In this document: positions 10,901 to 18,879 of the stretch, piece by piece
Layout: every line of letters begins with the position of its first letter
Position numbering within the stretch: position 1 is the first letter of the stretch
Assembly (NCBI GenBank): GCA_965248305.1
Contig: OZ252099.1
Coordinates: 3,117,502 to 3,181,501 of the forward strand
Direction of reading: 5' to 3'
From: Bryobacterales bacterium
GTDB taxonomy: Bacteria; Acidobacteriota; Terriglobia; Bryobacterales; UBA6623
DNA: 64,000 nucleotides
Notes under the pieces: model-generated
Told to the model about the DNA's origin: nothing
Database searches by the model: none
The model's input: only the letters and a program-made list of their open reading frames with translations
Translations under genes and position numbers: made by a program

Positions 10901-11311
10901 AACTCCAACTGGCTCTGATATGCCGGGCACCACCGCAATCCCAAGATCTTCGGCCAGCAAACGAGCCTTGGCCTTGTCGCCGAATAGTGAGAGAGCGTCC
11001 GGAGTCGGGCCAACGAACGCCAACCCTGCGCGTAGACATTGACGAGCGAACTCGGCGTCCTCGCTGAGAAAGCCGTAGCCCGGATGAACCGCATCGCATC
11101 CGCTGTCCTTCCCAACCCGAAGAATCTGCTCTTGGTCGAGATAGGCGAGGGCGCCGACACCATCTAGCCCAACAGCCGAATCCGCCCTGCAAACGTGCAG
11201 AGATCTGGCGTCGTCCTCGGAGTAGACCGCGACTGATTCGATGCCAAGATCGCTGGCCGCCGAGCCAATCCGAACCGCGATCTCCCCGCGGTTGGCGATC
11301 AGAAGCTTCAT
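7907..11311 (-). CDS. Single-chain multidomain acyl-CoA carboxylase (biotin carboxylase + BCCP + carboxyltransferase)
   Basis: 1134 aa. The N-terminus MKLLIANRGEIAVRI...ATP-grasp is a biotin carboxylase. The biotinyl motif is VLVMDSMKMEHEIRA. The C-terminal ~530 aa is PccB/AccD-like carboxyltransferase (..GGARIQEG-like region, VVLCDTPGMMVG). Confidence 0.9.
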   Translation of the reverse strand: MKLLIANRGEIAVRIGSAASDLGIESVAVYSEDDARSLHVCRADSAVGLDGVGALAYLDQEQILRVGKDSGCDAVHPGYGFLSEDAEFARQCLRAGLAFVGPTPDALSLFGDKAKARLLAEDLGIAVVPGISEPVGVDRAREFFASLPAGSSVLVKAVSGGGGRGIRLVAEADQLEAAHSRAQSEAQAAFGVPDVYVERFVAGARHVEVQIAGDSSGGLACFGDRDCSLQRRNQKILEIGPAPSLPDDVRHGIVVASLALAEAANYQSLGTFEFLVEGSNFYFIEANARLQVEHTVTEEVTGIDLVQLQIRLARGESLDALGFSARSVAAARGIAVQARVNMEVMLPDGAAQPTGGTLEAFDLPAGRGIRVDTFGYAGFRPSPNFDSLLAKVVGHAHDGDLSRALRRTSRALSDFRIEGFETNIPFLQALLSHADVSDWNVHTRFVDEQIESLAGCTPLQKRFFASADPAETAGGIAGARVDPNDPLAVLSYGKRPRARSSDGPLPQMRKDGGQQLSAAMQGTIVSVEVAVGDEVGPQSLVLVMDSMKMEHEIRAGASGIVLEINVAAGDTVYAGHPLAFIEEREIEIESAQGADNVGLDFVRPDLAEVQERHAVTLDAARPDAVEKRRRTGQRTARENVEDLCDPESFVEYGQLVLTPGSGLLRDEVIRKFPADGMITGIGSVNGAEFPGEASRCVVLAYDYTVLAGTQGVLNHVKTDRMLEVATKWRRPVMLFAEGGGGRAGTGGKREGGGATTAAGQGRSDDMYRPLDTPTFATLGSLSGLVPLVGITSRFCFAGNASLLGCCDVIIATENSSIGMGGPALIEGGGLGVFRPEEVGPMEIQVPNGVVDLAVKDEAEAVAVAKKYLSYFQGAVQTWECADQRLLRRIVPENRLRVYSIRELIGVLADSDSVLELRPRFGPGMITSLARIEGRPVGIIANNPQFLSGAIDSDGSDKAARFMQLCDCFDIPVVVLCDTPGMMVGPEIERTALVRHCSRLFVAGANLSVPLVTIILRKAYGLGAQAMAGGHTKRPMLTVAWPTAEHGGMGLEGQMKLGFRNELAAIDDPEERATRYAELVAAACERGKALNAGVAFAFDDVIDPADSRRCITGALGSVPRAAPRLTKKRPYIDTW

Positions 11312-12549
11312 GCGTCTGCAACTCCGCGCAAGCGGGGACGGGTGCCAATGATACCGTCTCGCTCAAGCACAGCCAGCTCTCCATCGGCGAGGCCCAGCAG
11401 CCCTCCTAAGACTTCGTGGTTGTGTTGGCCCAAGGTCGGAGCGGGCCAGTCGATCTCAAGCGGGCCGTCCTGCAGGCGGTAGGGGGCGGCGGCGTTGGGA
11501 TGGATGCCGATGTGGGGGCGGTCCAGGAACTGCCAAAACCCGCGAGCTTTCAGGTGGGGATTCTCGGTAAGGTCGCTTGAAGCCTCGACGACTGCGGCGG
11601 GAACGCCGCCTCGCTGCAGAGCGGCCATCGCATCCGCTGCGGGTCTCCGGCCTGCCCAATCAGAAATAGCTTCTTCCAGTTCGCCCAAGCGTTCTAGGCG
11701 GTCCTCAAGCGAGCCGAAGCCGGCTGCTGGTTCGCCGACGATATCGCGCAAGCCCGCCCAGTGGCGTTCGTCCAGTGCTTGGACGACGAGCCATCGATTA
11801 TCGCCGCAGCGGAACGTCCCGTGCGGGGCCGCATGCCTGGATCTGTTTCCCAACCGAGGCGGCGGGGATCCGGTCAGGCTCTGCTCTACGATGCCGTGCG
11901 ACCCCAGGGGGAATAGACATTCCGAATGCGACAGATCGACGAATTGCCCCTCGCCGGTACGCTTGAGGTGCCGGAGCGCGACGAGCAGGGCGGCAACACC
12001 GTTCAGGCCTGCGACTGCGTCGCCCAAGGCGATGTGGACCATGGTTGGCGGCTGCTCCGGGTTCCCCGACAGGTGCGGAAGCCCGGCCGCCTGCTCGGTT
12101 GTGGACCCGTAAGCGCGGTGCGTCCGCCATGGACCGGTGCTGCCGAAACCCGGCATCGAGAGCATGACGATATCAGGCTTGACCGCCTTGAATACCTCAT
12201 AGCCAAGGTCAAGTTTCGGCAGGACTTCGGCCGCATAATTTTCGATCACCACGTCGGCGATGGCTACGAGCCGCAGCAGCAGGTCGCGGCCTCGCGAGGA
12301 GGCAAGATCGAGGGTGACGTCGAGCTTGTTGCGATTCAGGGCATTGAAGGGCTCATGCTTCTCTGCCCCGTTCTCATCAATCCAGCGTTGGCTGCCCTCC
12401 CAGCCGCGAAACCAATCGAACCGCGTACATGACTCGACTTTGATGACCTCGGCACCCATGTCTGCGAGGTGCCTCGTGGCGAGCGGCCCTGCCCATCCCA
12501 TGGAAAGATCAACAATGCGGCAGCCACGCAAGAAAGAGGGCCGGCTCAT
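11308..12549 (-). CDS. Family III CoA-transferase (CaiB/BaiF family)
   Basis: 413 aa with LRGCRIVDLSMGWAGPLATRHLADMGAEVIKVES, the canonical family III N-terminus. An ATGA overlap joins it to the carboxylase start (11308-11311). Confidence 0.85.
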   Translation of the reverse strand: MSRPSFLRGCRIVDLSMGWAGPLATRHLADMGAEVIKVESCTRFDWFRGWEGSQRWIDENGAEKHEPFNALNRNKLDVTLDLASSRGRDLLLRLVAIADVVIENYAAEVLPKLDLGYEVFKAVKPDIVMLSMPGFGSTGPWRTHRAYGSTTEQAAGLPHLSGNPEQPPTMVHIALGDAVAGLNGVAALLVALRHLKRTGEGQFVDLSHSECLFPLGSHGIVEQSLTGSPPPRLGNRSRHAAPHGTFRCGDNRWLVVQALDERHWAGLRDIVGEPAAGFGSLEDRLERLGELEEAISDWAGRRPAADAMAALQRGGVPAAVVEASSDLTENPHLKARGFWQFLDRPHIGIHPNAAAPYRLQDGPLEIDWPAPTLGQHNHEVLGGLLGLADGELAVLERDGIIGTRPRLRGVADA

Positions 12550-13709
12550 TGCGTCTCTCTCATGCGATTCAGTACGGCATAGGTGTCGGCTCCCAACCGA
12601 GAGACCGTTCCGCCGCGCAACGCCGGCGCGCCATACAGGCGGAAAGGCGTCACAGGCAGCGGGAACGCACCGACGTCTGGATGGGAAACATCCGCAAATG
12701 CGGCCCGGTCAACGTATTGATCGATGCTAAAGAGCTGGTCCATGGTTGGAACGATCGTCAACGGGATTCGCATCTGCTGCCCCTTGCGGGCAAGGTCGGC
12801 GGCGGAGTCTCGTGCGACCCGCGCGGCGATCAAGCGGTCAAGGCGATCCGCATCGCGCAGACGTTCGGCACCCTGTTGATAGCGCTCGACTCGCGCCAAG
12901 TCGTCAAACCCGAGCAAACGGCAAAAGCTATCCCACTGCGCGGGCGTTAGGACGGTCACTCCGAGCCAGCCATCACGGCACGGATAAACACCGAGCGGAT
13001 ACGTCGCTCGAAAGCGATTCACACCCGCACGGGTACGCGTGGGCTTGCCGGCGAACCCGCGCATCGCTTCGATCTCGGTGAAGCAGATGTTCGATTCGAG
13101 AACGGACACGTCGAGATGGTCGCATCCAGACACGGTGCCCAGCTCGCGGGCTAGGATTTGCCCCATGGCAGCGATGAATGCCGTGAGGCCCGCCGTCATC
13201 TGCGCCTGATACCCGGCCGGAATCACTGGCGCCTCTCCGGGATCGCCGAGCCAATCAATCTGGCTAGTGAGCGCCTGACATACGCCGTCAGAGCCGGCGT
13301 GGTGCCGATACGGCCCCGTCTGCCCGAACCAGGTGATCGAGAGCAGGACAGAATTCGGGGAAATGGCCGCTAGCTCCGCCGATTGCATGGGGCGCTCCGC
13401 GCCCACGCAATCGTCAATCACCAGTGAAGCCCCGGAAACAAGAGCCTTCAGCGCGGACTCTTCAGTGCACACGACACTCTGCTTGTTGGTGCTCAGGTAG
13501 GCGTGCATCCCGCTGGCTTCAGGCACGGCGACGCCCGGAGCGAATGGCGGCAAGCGGCGCGTCGGAAACCCCTCCGGCGGCTCGACCAGCAGCACGTCCG
13601 CGCCGTGGTCGGCGAACAGCTTGCCGCAGTAGCCAGCGGCCACCGACCCAGCGAGGTCAACGACTCTGATGCCATCAAGCGCGCCGCTGTAGCCGGAATG
13701 CAGGTCCAA
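12546..13709 (-). CDS. Family III CoA-transferase (CaiB/BaiF family), paralogue of the downstream gene
   Basis: 387 aa with LDGIRVVDLAGSVAAGYCGKLFADHGADVLLVEPP. An ATGA overlap joins it to the next gene (12546-12549). Confidence 0.85.
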   Translation of the reverse strand: MDLHSGYSGALDGIRVVDLAGSVAAGYCGKLFADHGADVLLVEPPEGFPTRRLPPFAPGVAVPEASGMHAYLSTNKQSVVCTEESALKALVSGASLVIDDCVGAERPMQSAELAAISPNSVLLSITWFGQTGPYRHHAGSDGVCQALTSQIDWLGDPGEAPVIPAGYQAQMTAGLTAFIAAMGQILARELGTVSGCDHLDVSVLESNICFTEIEAMRGFAGKPTRTRAGVNRFRATYPLGVYPCRDGWLGVTVLTPAQWDSFCRLLGFDDLARVERYQQGAERLRDADRLDRLIAARVARDSAADLARKGQQMRIPLTIVPTMDQLFSIDQYVDRAAFADVSHPDVGAFPLPVTPFRLYGAPALRGGTVSRLGADTYAVLNRMRETQ

Positions 13710-13801
13710 GCTAAATAGTCTGCCGTTACCTATCGGCAGATTTCAACTATGATAGGTTCCCGCTTGGCGGCTGGCCCGCAGCTGAGGACGCACATCGCCA
13801 G

Positions 13802-14747
13802 ATGCACCCCGGCCCAGCCCCAGCGGGCGACCAGCCACGGACTCGCGCGCCTTGGGCGCTGCTGTTGATCCTGCTGGCTGCCACCACAACCAGCTACATC
13901 GACCGGATCGCGATTTCCGTCCTAGCTCCCACGCTGAGGGACGAGTTCGCGATGACCAACAGCCAGTACGCGCTCGTCGTGAACTGCTTCATGGTCACCT
14001 ACATGATCATGTACAGCGTGGGCGGACGCTTGGCCGATCTGCTGGGCTTCCGGCGGGCTCTGTCCCTGTACATCATCTGGTGGTCGCTGACCGGAGCGCT
14101 GCACGCGGCCGCCACCGGTTTTCGCTCCTTGGCCCTGTGTCGCTTGCTCCTAGCCGTTGGCGAGGGTGGAGTCTGGCCAGCAGGGATGAAAGCTGTCGCG
14201 CATGAAGTCCGTGGCCCGCTACGGTCGCTCGGGGTTGGGATCGTCAACTTCGGGAGCAGCCTCGGATCGGCACTCGCTGTACCAATCGTCGGCTGGCTGG
14301 CCGTGATGTGGGGCTGGCGGACAGCGTTCCTCGTGACTGGGCTGATGGGCTTCCTGCTACTGCCTTTCTGGATGTCCGTGACGCGAAACATCCGGATGAC
14401 CGAGTGTGTCCCTGAGCCAGTTCCAGCCAAGCAAGTTCCGTGGCTCAGTGTGGTCCGCTACCGTCAGGCGTGGGCCGGCTTCATGGGACGGTTTATCAGC
14501 GCCGGGGCTTGGGGCTTCTACGCGTTTTGGATTCCCGAATACCTCGCCCGCGAGCAAGGGCTTGACTTGACTGGAATAGGGCTCCTGGCTTGGATACCAT
14601 TCGTGGCCTCGGGATTGGGCGATTTGACCGGTTCCGGGGTCACGGCATGGTTGATCGCGCGGGGTTGGTCCGTAAACCGGGCGCGGAAGACGGTGCTGTG
14701 CGTTGCAGCAGTTGCAGCCGTGGCTGGCATTGGCGCCGCTTACGCGC
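13802..14747 (+). pseudogene. MFS transporter, 5' part (gene split by the IS insertion at 14748)
   Basis: TM-rich ORF with MFS-like motifs (YIDRIAISVLAP..., GRLADLLGFRR). The reading frame runs into the IS inverted repeat and stops at 14777-14779. The 3' part resumes in frame at 17455. Confidence 0.85.
14738..14747. repeat. Target-site duplication, left copy (GCTTACGCGC)
   Basis: The identical 10-mer recurs at 17455-17464, immediately outside the right inverted repeat. Confidence 0.85.
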
Positions 14748-14769
14748 TACCGCGTCAGGATTCAGTTAG
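14748..14769. repeat. IS terminal inverted repeat (left)
   Basis: See the IS feature. The transposase stop codon (14762-14764) lies inside this repeat. Confidence 0.85.
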
Positions 14770-16588
14770 AAACCAGTAGTTCCGGGGGCGTTTGAGAGTG
14801 GCTCGCGGGGGGTAGAGGCGGACGCAGCAGGGCGTCCTTCGCCCACGCCCGGTTCCGGCGACGCAGTTCCGCATTCCGGTTCGTTCGCAGCAAGCGGGGC
14901 GGTCCGATCGGTTCCTGACGATCCAGTTTGGCGAAGGCCCGGGGCAATTGGTCCAGCGTGCCGCACACCACCTGCACGTAGTCCGGATGCTTCAGGTTCG
15001 CTGCCAGGGCGACCTGGGCCGGCTGGTCCTCCAAGTCGCGCCCCAGATGGGTGCGGCCCAGCCGGCGGCGCAGGCCTTGTTTGGCGACCGCGAAGGACTG
15101 CTCGATCACGTTATTGGTACGATCGACGATCGCCACGGCCCGGCCCGCCGCATCGCGGGCGACGGGATGGCCGACCAGGCCCTCGCCGTAGCGGTCCAGA
15201 TAGCTGAGCACGATGGACTCGGGCTGGAACGACCCCAGCCCGTCGGTGGCCAGCCGGGCGGCGACCCGCTGGCGCAGGTCCTGGTGGTAGCGCTGGAAGT
15301 CAGCGGCGATGGCTTGCAGCCGGGCGGCGGCGGCCTCGGGCTGGAGCGGGGCGGAAGGGGCCGGCCGCGGCCCGCCCGGCAGTTCCTGGTCGGACAGGCG
15401 CAGCACGTCCCGCAACTCGCAGAACACCGTCCAGCCGCGCTCCAGACGGGAGCTGGCCCGGCCCTGCGGGTCCAGCCGCTCGAACTCGCCCAGGGCCTCG
15501 GCGGCCTGCCTCAGCAGGCGGAGCTCGGAGCGCGAGCGGGGCCGCGGCAGCCGGCGGTCCCGCTCGGCGGGGAACTGCCCGCAACGGCGCTGGAAGTCCC
15601 GGTGAGGCAGCGAGAAGGGATACGGCAGATGCTTGCGGCCCTCCGCTTCCAGGACCCACAGCAGCAGGGCGGGCAGGTCCGGGCGGAGGCTCTCGTCGGA
15701 ACGGGCCGCCCGCAGCAACGCGCGCAAGCGGGAGCGCACCTTGCTGCGGGAGATCTGGCTGCGCAGCAGGGCGTAGCCGCCATCGAGCAGCCGGTGGCCG
15801 ACGGCGGCGAGGAAATGGTACTGGCAGAGCAGGTCGGGGACGCCCCGCCGCCTGCAGCCGGCGACCGCTTTGGCCCCCGCCTGGCCCAGATCGCGCATGA
15901 TCGCGACCGGGTCGCCGAAGGCGGCCACGGTGCGCTCGACGGCGGGGCGCAGTTCGCGTTCGTTCTCCGATCCGATGCGCACCGCGTGCAACACCCAGCC
16001 GGTCCAGCCGTCCAAACAGCGGAACGCGCCGCCGCGGCCCTTGTCACAGGTCGCGTCGATGTGCAGGGGATAGCCGTGGGGCAGGGCGGCCCGCAGGGCC
16101 GGGGCGCACTGCCAATGCAGAGCCTCCAGGGCCGCCAGGAAGCGATCGCACAGCGCGGAGACGGAACCGGCCGAAAGGGAGAGGCCCTGGCGGGCCAGGG
16201 CCGTGCGGATCTCCTCGCGCTGGAGGTGGCGCCGATAGCGGGCCAGTCCGACCCACACGATCAGGTCCCAGCCGTAGCGCTGGCCGGACGGGGCCAGGCC
16301 GGCCAGTTGCTGCGAGACCGCGACCGGCCGGGAGGCGCAGTGCCGGCAGTGCTTGCGGATCTCGCGCGCCCGCAGCGTGCCGGCCGCCAGGGTGACCAGC
16401 ATGCGGGTCTTGCTCTTCTGCGGGCTCAGGGGCCGGCCGCAGTGGGAGCACCGGTGCCGCTCGGCGACGAAATCGACACCCGGGGGAGCCCCGCCGACGA
16501 GCGTGGCACGGGCGATCCAGTCGCCGGACCAGCCCGCGTCGCGGGCCTGTTCCAGCAGCAGCGTCAGGAGGCAGTAGACCCCCCTTTT
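14762..16588 (-). CDS. IS transposase (orfB, putative DDE type); probably expressed as an orfA-orfB fusion by -1 frameshifting
   Basis: Track ORF 14762-16402 (546 aa). The same frame stays open upstream of the first ATG/GTG/TTG. That upstream part encodes ..DFVAERHRCSHCGRPLSPQKSKTRM.., which pairs with CRHC downstream as a CxxC...CxxC zinc ribbon. This frame is -1 relative to orfA and overlaps it at an A5G6 tract. Confidence 0.65.
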   Translation of the reverse strand, partial: KRGVYCLLTLLLEQARDAGWSGDWIARATLVGGAPPGVDFVAERHRCSHCGRPLSPQKSKTRMLVTLAAGTLRAREIRKHCRHCASRPVAVSQQLAGLAPSGQRYGWDLIVWVGLARYRRHLQREEIRTALARQGLSLSAGSVSALCDRFLAALEALHWQCAPALRAALPHGYPLHIDATCDKGRGGAFRCLDGWTGWVLHAVRIGSENERELRPAVERTVAAFGDPVAIMRDLGQAGAKAVAGCRRRGVPDLLCQYHFLAAVGHRLLDGGYALLRSQISRSKVRSRLRALLRAARSDESLRPDLPALLLWVLEAEGRKHLPYPFSLPHRDFQRRCGQFPAERDRRLPRPRSRSELRLLRQAAEALGEFERLDPQGRASSRLERGWTVFCELRDVLRLSDQELPGGPRPAPSAPLQPEAAAARLQAIAADFQRYHQDLRQRVAARLATDGLGSFQPESIVLSYLDRYGEGLVGHPVARDAAGRAVAIVDRTNNVIEQSFAVAKQGLRRRLGRTHLGRDLEDQPAQVALAANLKHPDYVQVVCGTLDQLPRAFAKLDRQEPIGPPRLLRTNRNAELRRRNRAWAKDALLRPPLPPASHSQTPPELLVSN

Positions 16589-17244
16589 TCGCCGATCCGG
16601 TGGAGCTCGAAGCGCTCGAACACGGCCTGGACCTGCCCCAGCGGGACGGGCGGGGAGCGAGCCTGCAGGCGACGGGCCACCTGCCCGGGCCGGGAGCCGG
16701 GATGGCGGACCAGCACCAGCAGCACCGCGATGATGATGGCCGGGTCCAGCGTGCCGGCCAGGTCGGCGGCCTGGCGGGCGTCGAGGCGCGTCTGGCGGGC
16801 GCGGCGCTGCCGGTCGGCGGTCGGGGGATCGGCCGAGAAATAGACGTAGACGCCGCCGAGGCGCTCGCGGAGGGCGCGCTGCTGGCGGACGGCGGCGAGC
16901 AGGAAGGGGTACACGGAGACGTGCAGGAGGTCGCGGAGTTCCTGGTCGGTGAAGCCGTCCTCGGATTCGCGGAGCAAGCGCTGGACGGTGGCGGTCAGGG
17001 AGCCATCGCGGGAGAAGTGGACGTCGCCGATGGAGAGCAGGCCGAAGCGGTCGAAGCGGGAAGGGTCGCGGTCGGTGTAGAAGCGGCCGTTGTGGTTATA
17101 GCTGTGTAGGTGGCGGACCTGGCGGAGGTAGCGGAAAGTGGTGCGTGGGGAGGCTTGGCCGAGAGCGGCTTGGAGCTGATCGAGGGTGACGGGGGAGGCG
17201 GAAGCCAGCAGGGGGACGAGCAGGTCGGGGGAGCGCGCGGGCAT
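16564..17244 (-). CDS. IS orfA (putative DNA-binding subunit / N-terminal part of the transposase)
   Basis: 226-aa ORF inside the IS, same strand as orfB. It ends 11-21 nt after the A5G6 tract (16579-16589). No family recognised. Confidence 0.6.
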   Translation of the reverse strand: MPARSPDLLVPLLASASPVTLDQLQAALGQASPRTTFRYLRQVRHLHSYNHNGRFYTDRDPSRFDRFGLLSIGDVHFSRDGSLTATVQRLLRESEDGFTDQELRDLLHVSVYPFLLAAVRQQRALRERLGGVYVYFSADPPTADRQRRARQTRLDARQAADLAGTLDPAIIIAVLLVLVRHPGSRPGQVARRLQARSPPVPLGQVQAVFERFELHRIGEKGGSTAS

Positions 17245-17432
17245 GATGGCATTGTATAACTTTCATATGCGAAAGCTACTTATACACCGCCACAATCAGG
17301 CCGGGAATCAGCACCAGAGGATGGGATTTCGCCCGAAATCAAGGGCTAACGGCCGGCCCGTACTGGGGAAATGGCAGAGTATACAGAACTTGGGTGGGTC
17401 TAACTCACGCTATATCAACAATTTCCCGATCC

Positions 17433-17454
17433 CTAACCGAATTCTGACGCGGTA
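17433..17454. repeat. IS terminal inverted repeat (right)
   Basis: Its reverse complement matches 14748-14769 at 20/22 positions. Confidence 0.85.
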
Positions 17455-17464
17455 GCTTACGCGC
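17455..17464. repeat. Target-site duplication, right copy (GCTTACGCGC)
   Basis: Identical to 14738-14747. Confidence 0.85.
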
Positions 17465-17802
17465 CCACCATCGGGCTCGCGATGGCGAGTATTTGCGTGG
17501 GGGCGTTGGGCTTCAAGATCGCTTCCGTCAACTTCCTCAACCTTCCGACTGACTTCTTCCCACCTTCGTATGTCGGTACCGCATTCGGGTTCTCCGGCAC
17601 CGGCGGGAGCGCGGGCATCGTGTTGACGAACGCAGCGATCGGATGGATCCTTGACACGACCGGTAGCTATTGGGCCGTGCTGCTGGGCGTCGCCATGCTA
17701 ACGCCGACCGCAGTTGCGGTGACGTTCCTGATCGCCGGGCGGATCGAACCGGTGAAGGACCTAGCTGGCGGGCAGGCGGGCGATTCCGCGGCAAGCAGCT
17801 AG
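17455..17802 (+). pseudogene. MFS transporter, 3' part
   Basis: The frame continues from the target duplication: AYAPTIGLAMASICVGALGFKIASVNFLNLPTDFFPPSYVGTAFGFSGTGGSAGIV.., i.e. the last MFS helices. The track ORF is 17482-17802. Confidence 0.85.
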
Positions 17803-18224
17803 CCTTGGCACGCGTTGGCCGCGTACTGACGAATAGTGCGCAGCATGGCGTGGAGCCCATTCCCGCGAGTCGGGCTCAAATGCTTGGTGAAACCGATCTC
17901 GTCGATAAACCCGTGACCGGCGTTCAAGATCGTCCGCGGCGCAAAGCCAGAGTATGCCCGCAGCAAGATCGCGACCAAGCCGGAGACGATGGCCGCATCG
18001 CTGGTTGCCTGGAAGTAAAGCAGGCCGTCCCGATTCTCGGAACGCAGCCACAGCTGTGCCTGGCATCCGTTGACCTTGCAATCATCCGTCTTGAGCTCCT
18101 CTGGATACTCTGGCAGCTTGCGACCTAGGTCGATGATGTGCTGGTAGCGGTCCATCCAGTCGTCGAGAAATTCAAATTCGTCGACGATCTCGCGATGTAT
18201 CTCTTCAATCGACTGAGCGCTCAA
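17799..18224 (-). CDS. sufE: Cysteine desulfuration protein SufE
   Basis: 141 aa with ..FEFLDDWMDRYQHIIDLGRKLP..KVNGCQAQLWL..FQATSDAAIVSGLVAILL... This is the SufE family signature, including the active-site Cys (GCQAQ). Confidence 0.9.
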   Translation of the reverse strand: MSAQSIEEIHREIVDEFEFLDDWMDRYQHIIDLGRKLPEYPEELKTDDCKVNGCQAQLWLRSENRDGLLYFQATSDAAIVSGLVAILLRAYSGFAPRTILNAGHGFIDEIGFTKHLSPTRGNGLHAMLRTIRQYAANACQG

Positions 18225-18879
18225 TTCCGCCTCCTGTTTCGGGTTCTACACGCTCCCGCGAAGCAGACCCTTGGTCACTCGAAAACCAGTGTGGGAACTT
18301 GACCAGCGTTGCAAGCGTTCGGCGCAAAAGCACCGCACATCCCGGACCTCCCGGCGCGTGTCACCACACGCTTTCAGTTCAGCACCGCATCGGTTACAAG
18401 TCTAATCTTAAGGTGTCCGATACAGACCACGCGCATTCACGCGCAAGCGCGGAGTCAGGTTGCGCGGCACCGCCGACCGGCGGGCAACCTGCGGGTGCTC
18501 GAACGCAACCCCCCGGTCACCCCACGCTATGCCGAAATTTGACCACTCCGCGCCGTAGGCAAGAGACTACGCTTCCGGGTCATCTTCGATCTCCAGCGGG
18601 CTGGGACCCACACACCCAGCCGAGGCGGACCCGGCCGAGTGCCAAAGCTCGGGCGACCAACCCTTGGCCGGAAGCGGTTGGCAAGCAGTCGCAGCGCCGC
18701 GGGCTAAGGAAATTCCTCAACGAAGTCCGGAGGCATGTGTTCCGGAATTGTGCATCCGTCAGGAATCCAGCAAACGCCTTCGAGCATTTGCTAAGACGGG
18801 GAGTGCGACTATAGTGAACTAGCTCGCCATGACACGCAAACAGCGCGCCCTGCACGTGGTGGATTGAGTTCAAACGCCA

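Larger units (their letters stand above)
14748..17454 (-). mobile_element. Insertion sequence (2707 bp) with two overlapping ORFs; family not assigned
   Basis: Terminal inverted repeats match 20/22: TACCGCGTCAGGATTCAGTTAG at 14748-14769 versus the reverse complement of 17433-17454, TACCGCGTCAGAATTCGGTTAG. A 10-bp direct repeat flanks the element. Removing the element and one repeat copy restores the MFS frame (..GAAYA|PTIGLAMASI..). The interior is very GC-rich. Confidence 0.9.

Noticed and set aside
14948-16843. 631-aa ORF on the + strand inside the IS. Similar long antisense ORFs occur elsewhere (8663-9694 +, 23654-24550 +, 24030-24842 -, 40573-41769 +, 41806-42945 +, the first half of 46826-47989 +, 43904-44713 -).
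   Set aside because: They are shadow ORFs opposite well-supported genes in very GC-rich DNA. Their translations are Arg/Ala/Gly/Pro-rich with no recognisable motifs.
18225-18879. 650-bp gap between sufE and the FG-GAP gene, with track ORFs 18299-18814 (+) and 18580-18912 (-); considered as a possible ncRNA or small gene.
   Set aside because: The translations are Arg/Pro-rich without motifs. I could not identify any conserved RNA structure by eye, so it is left unannotated.
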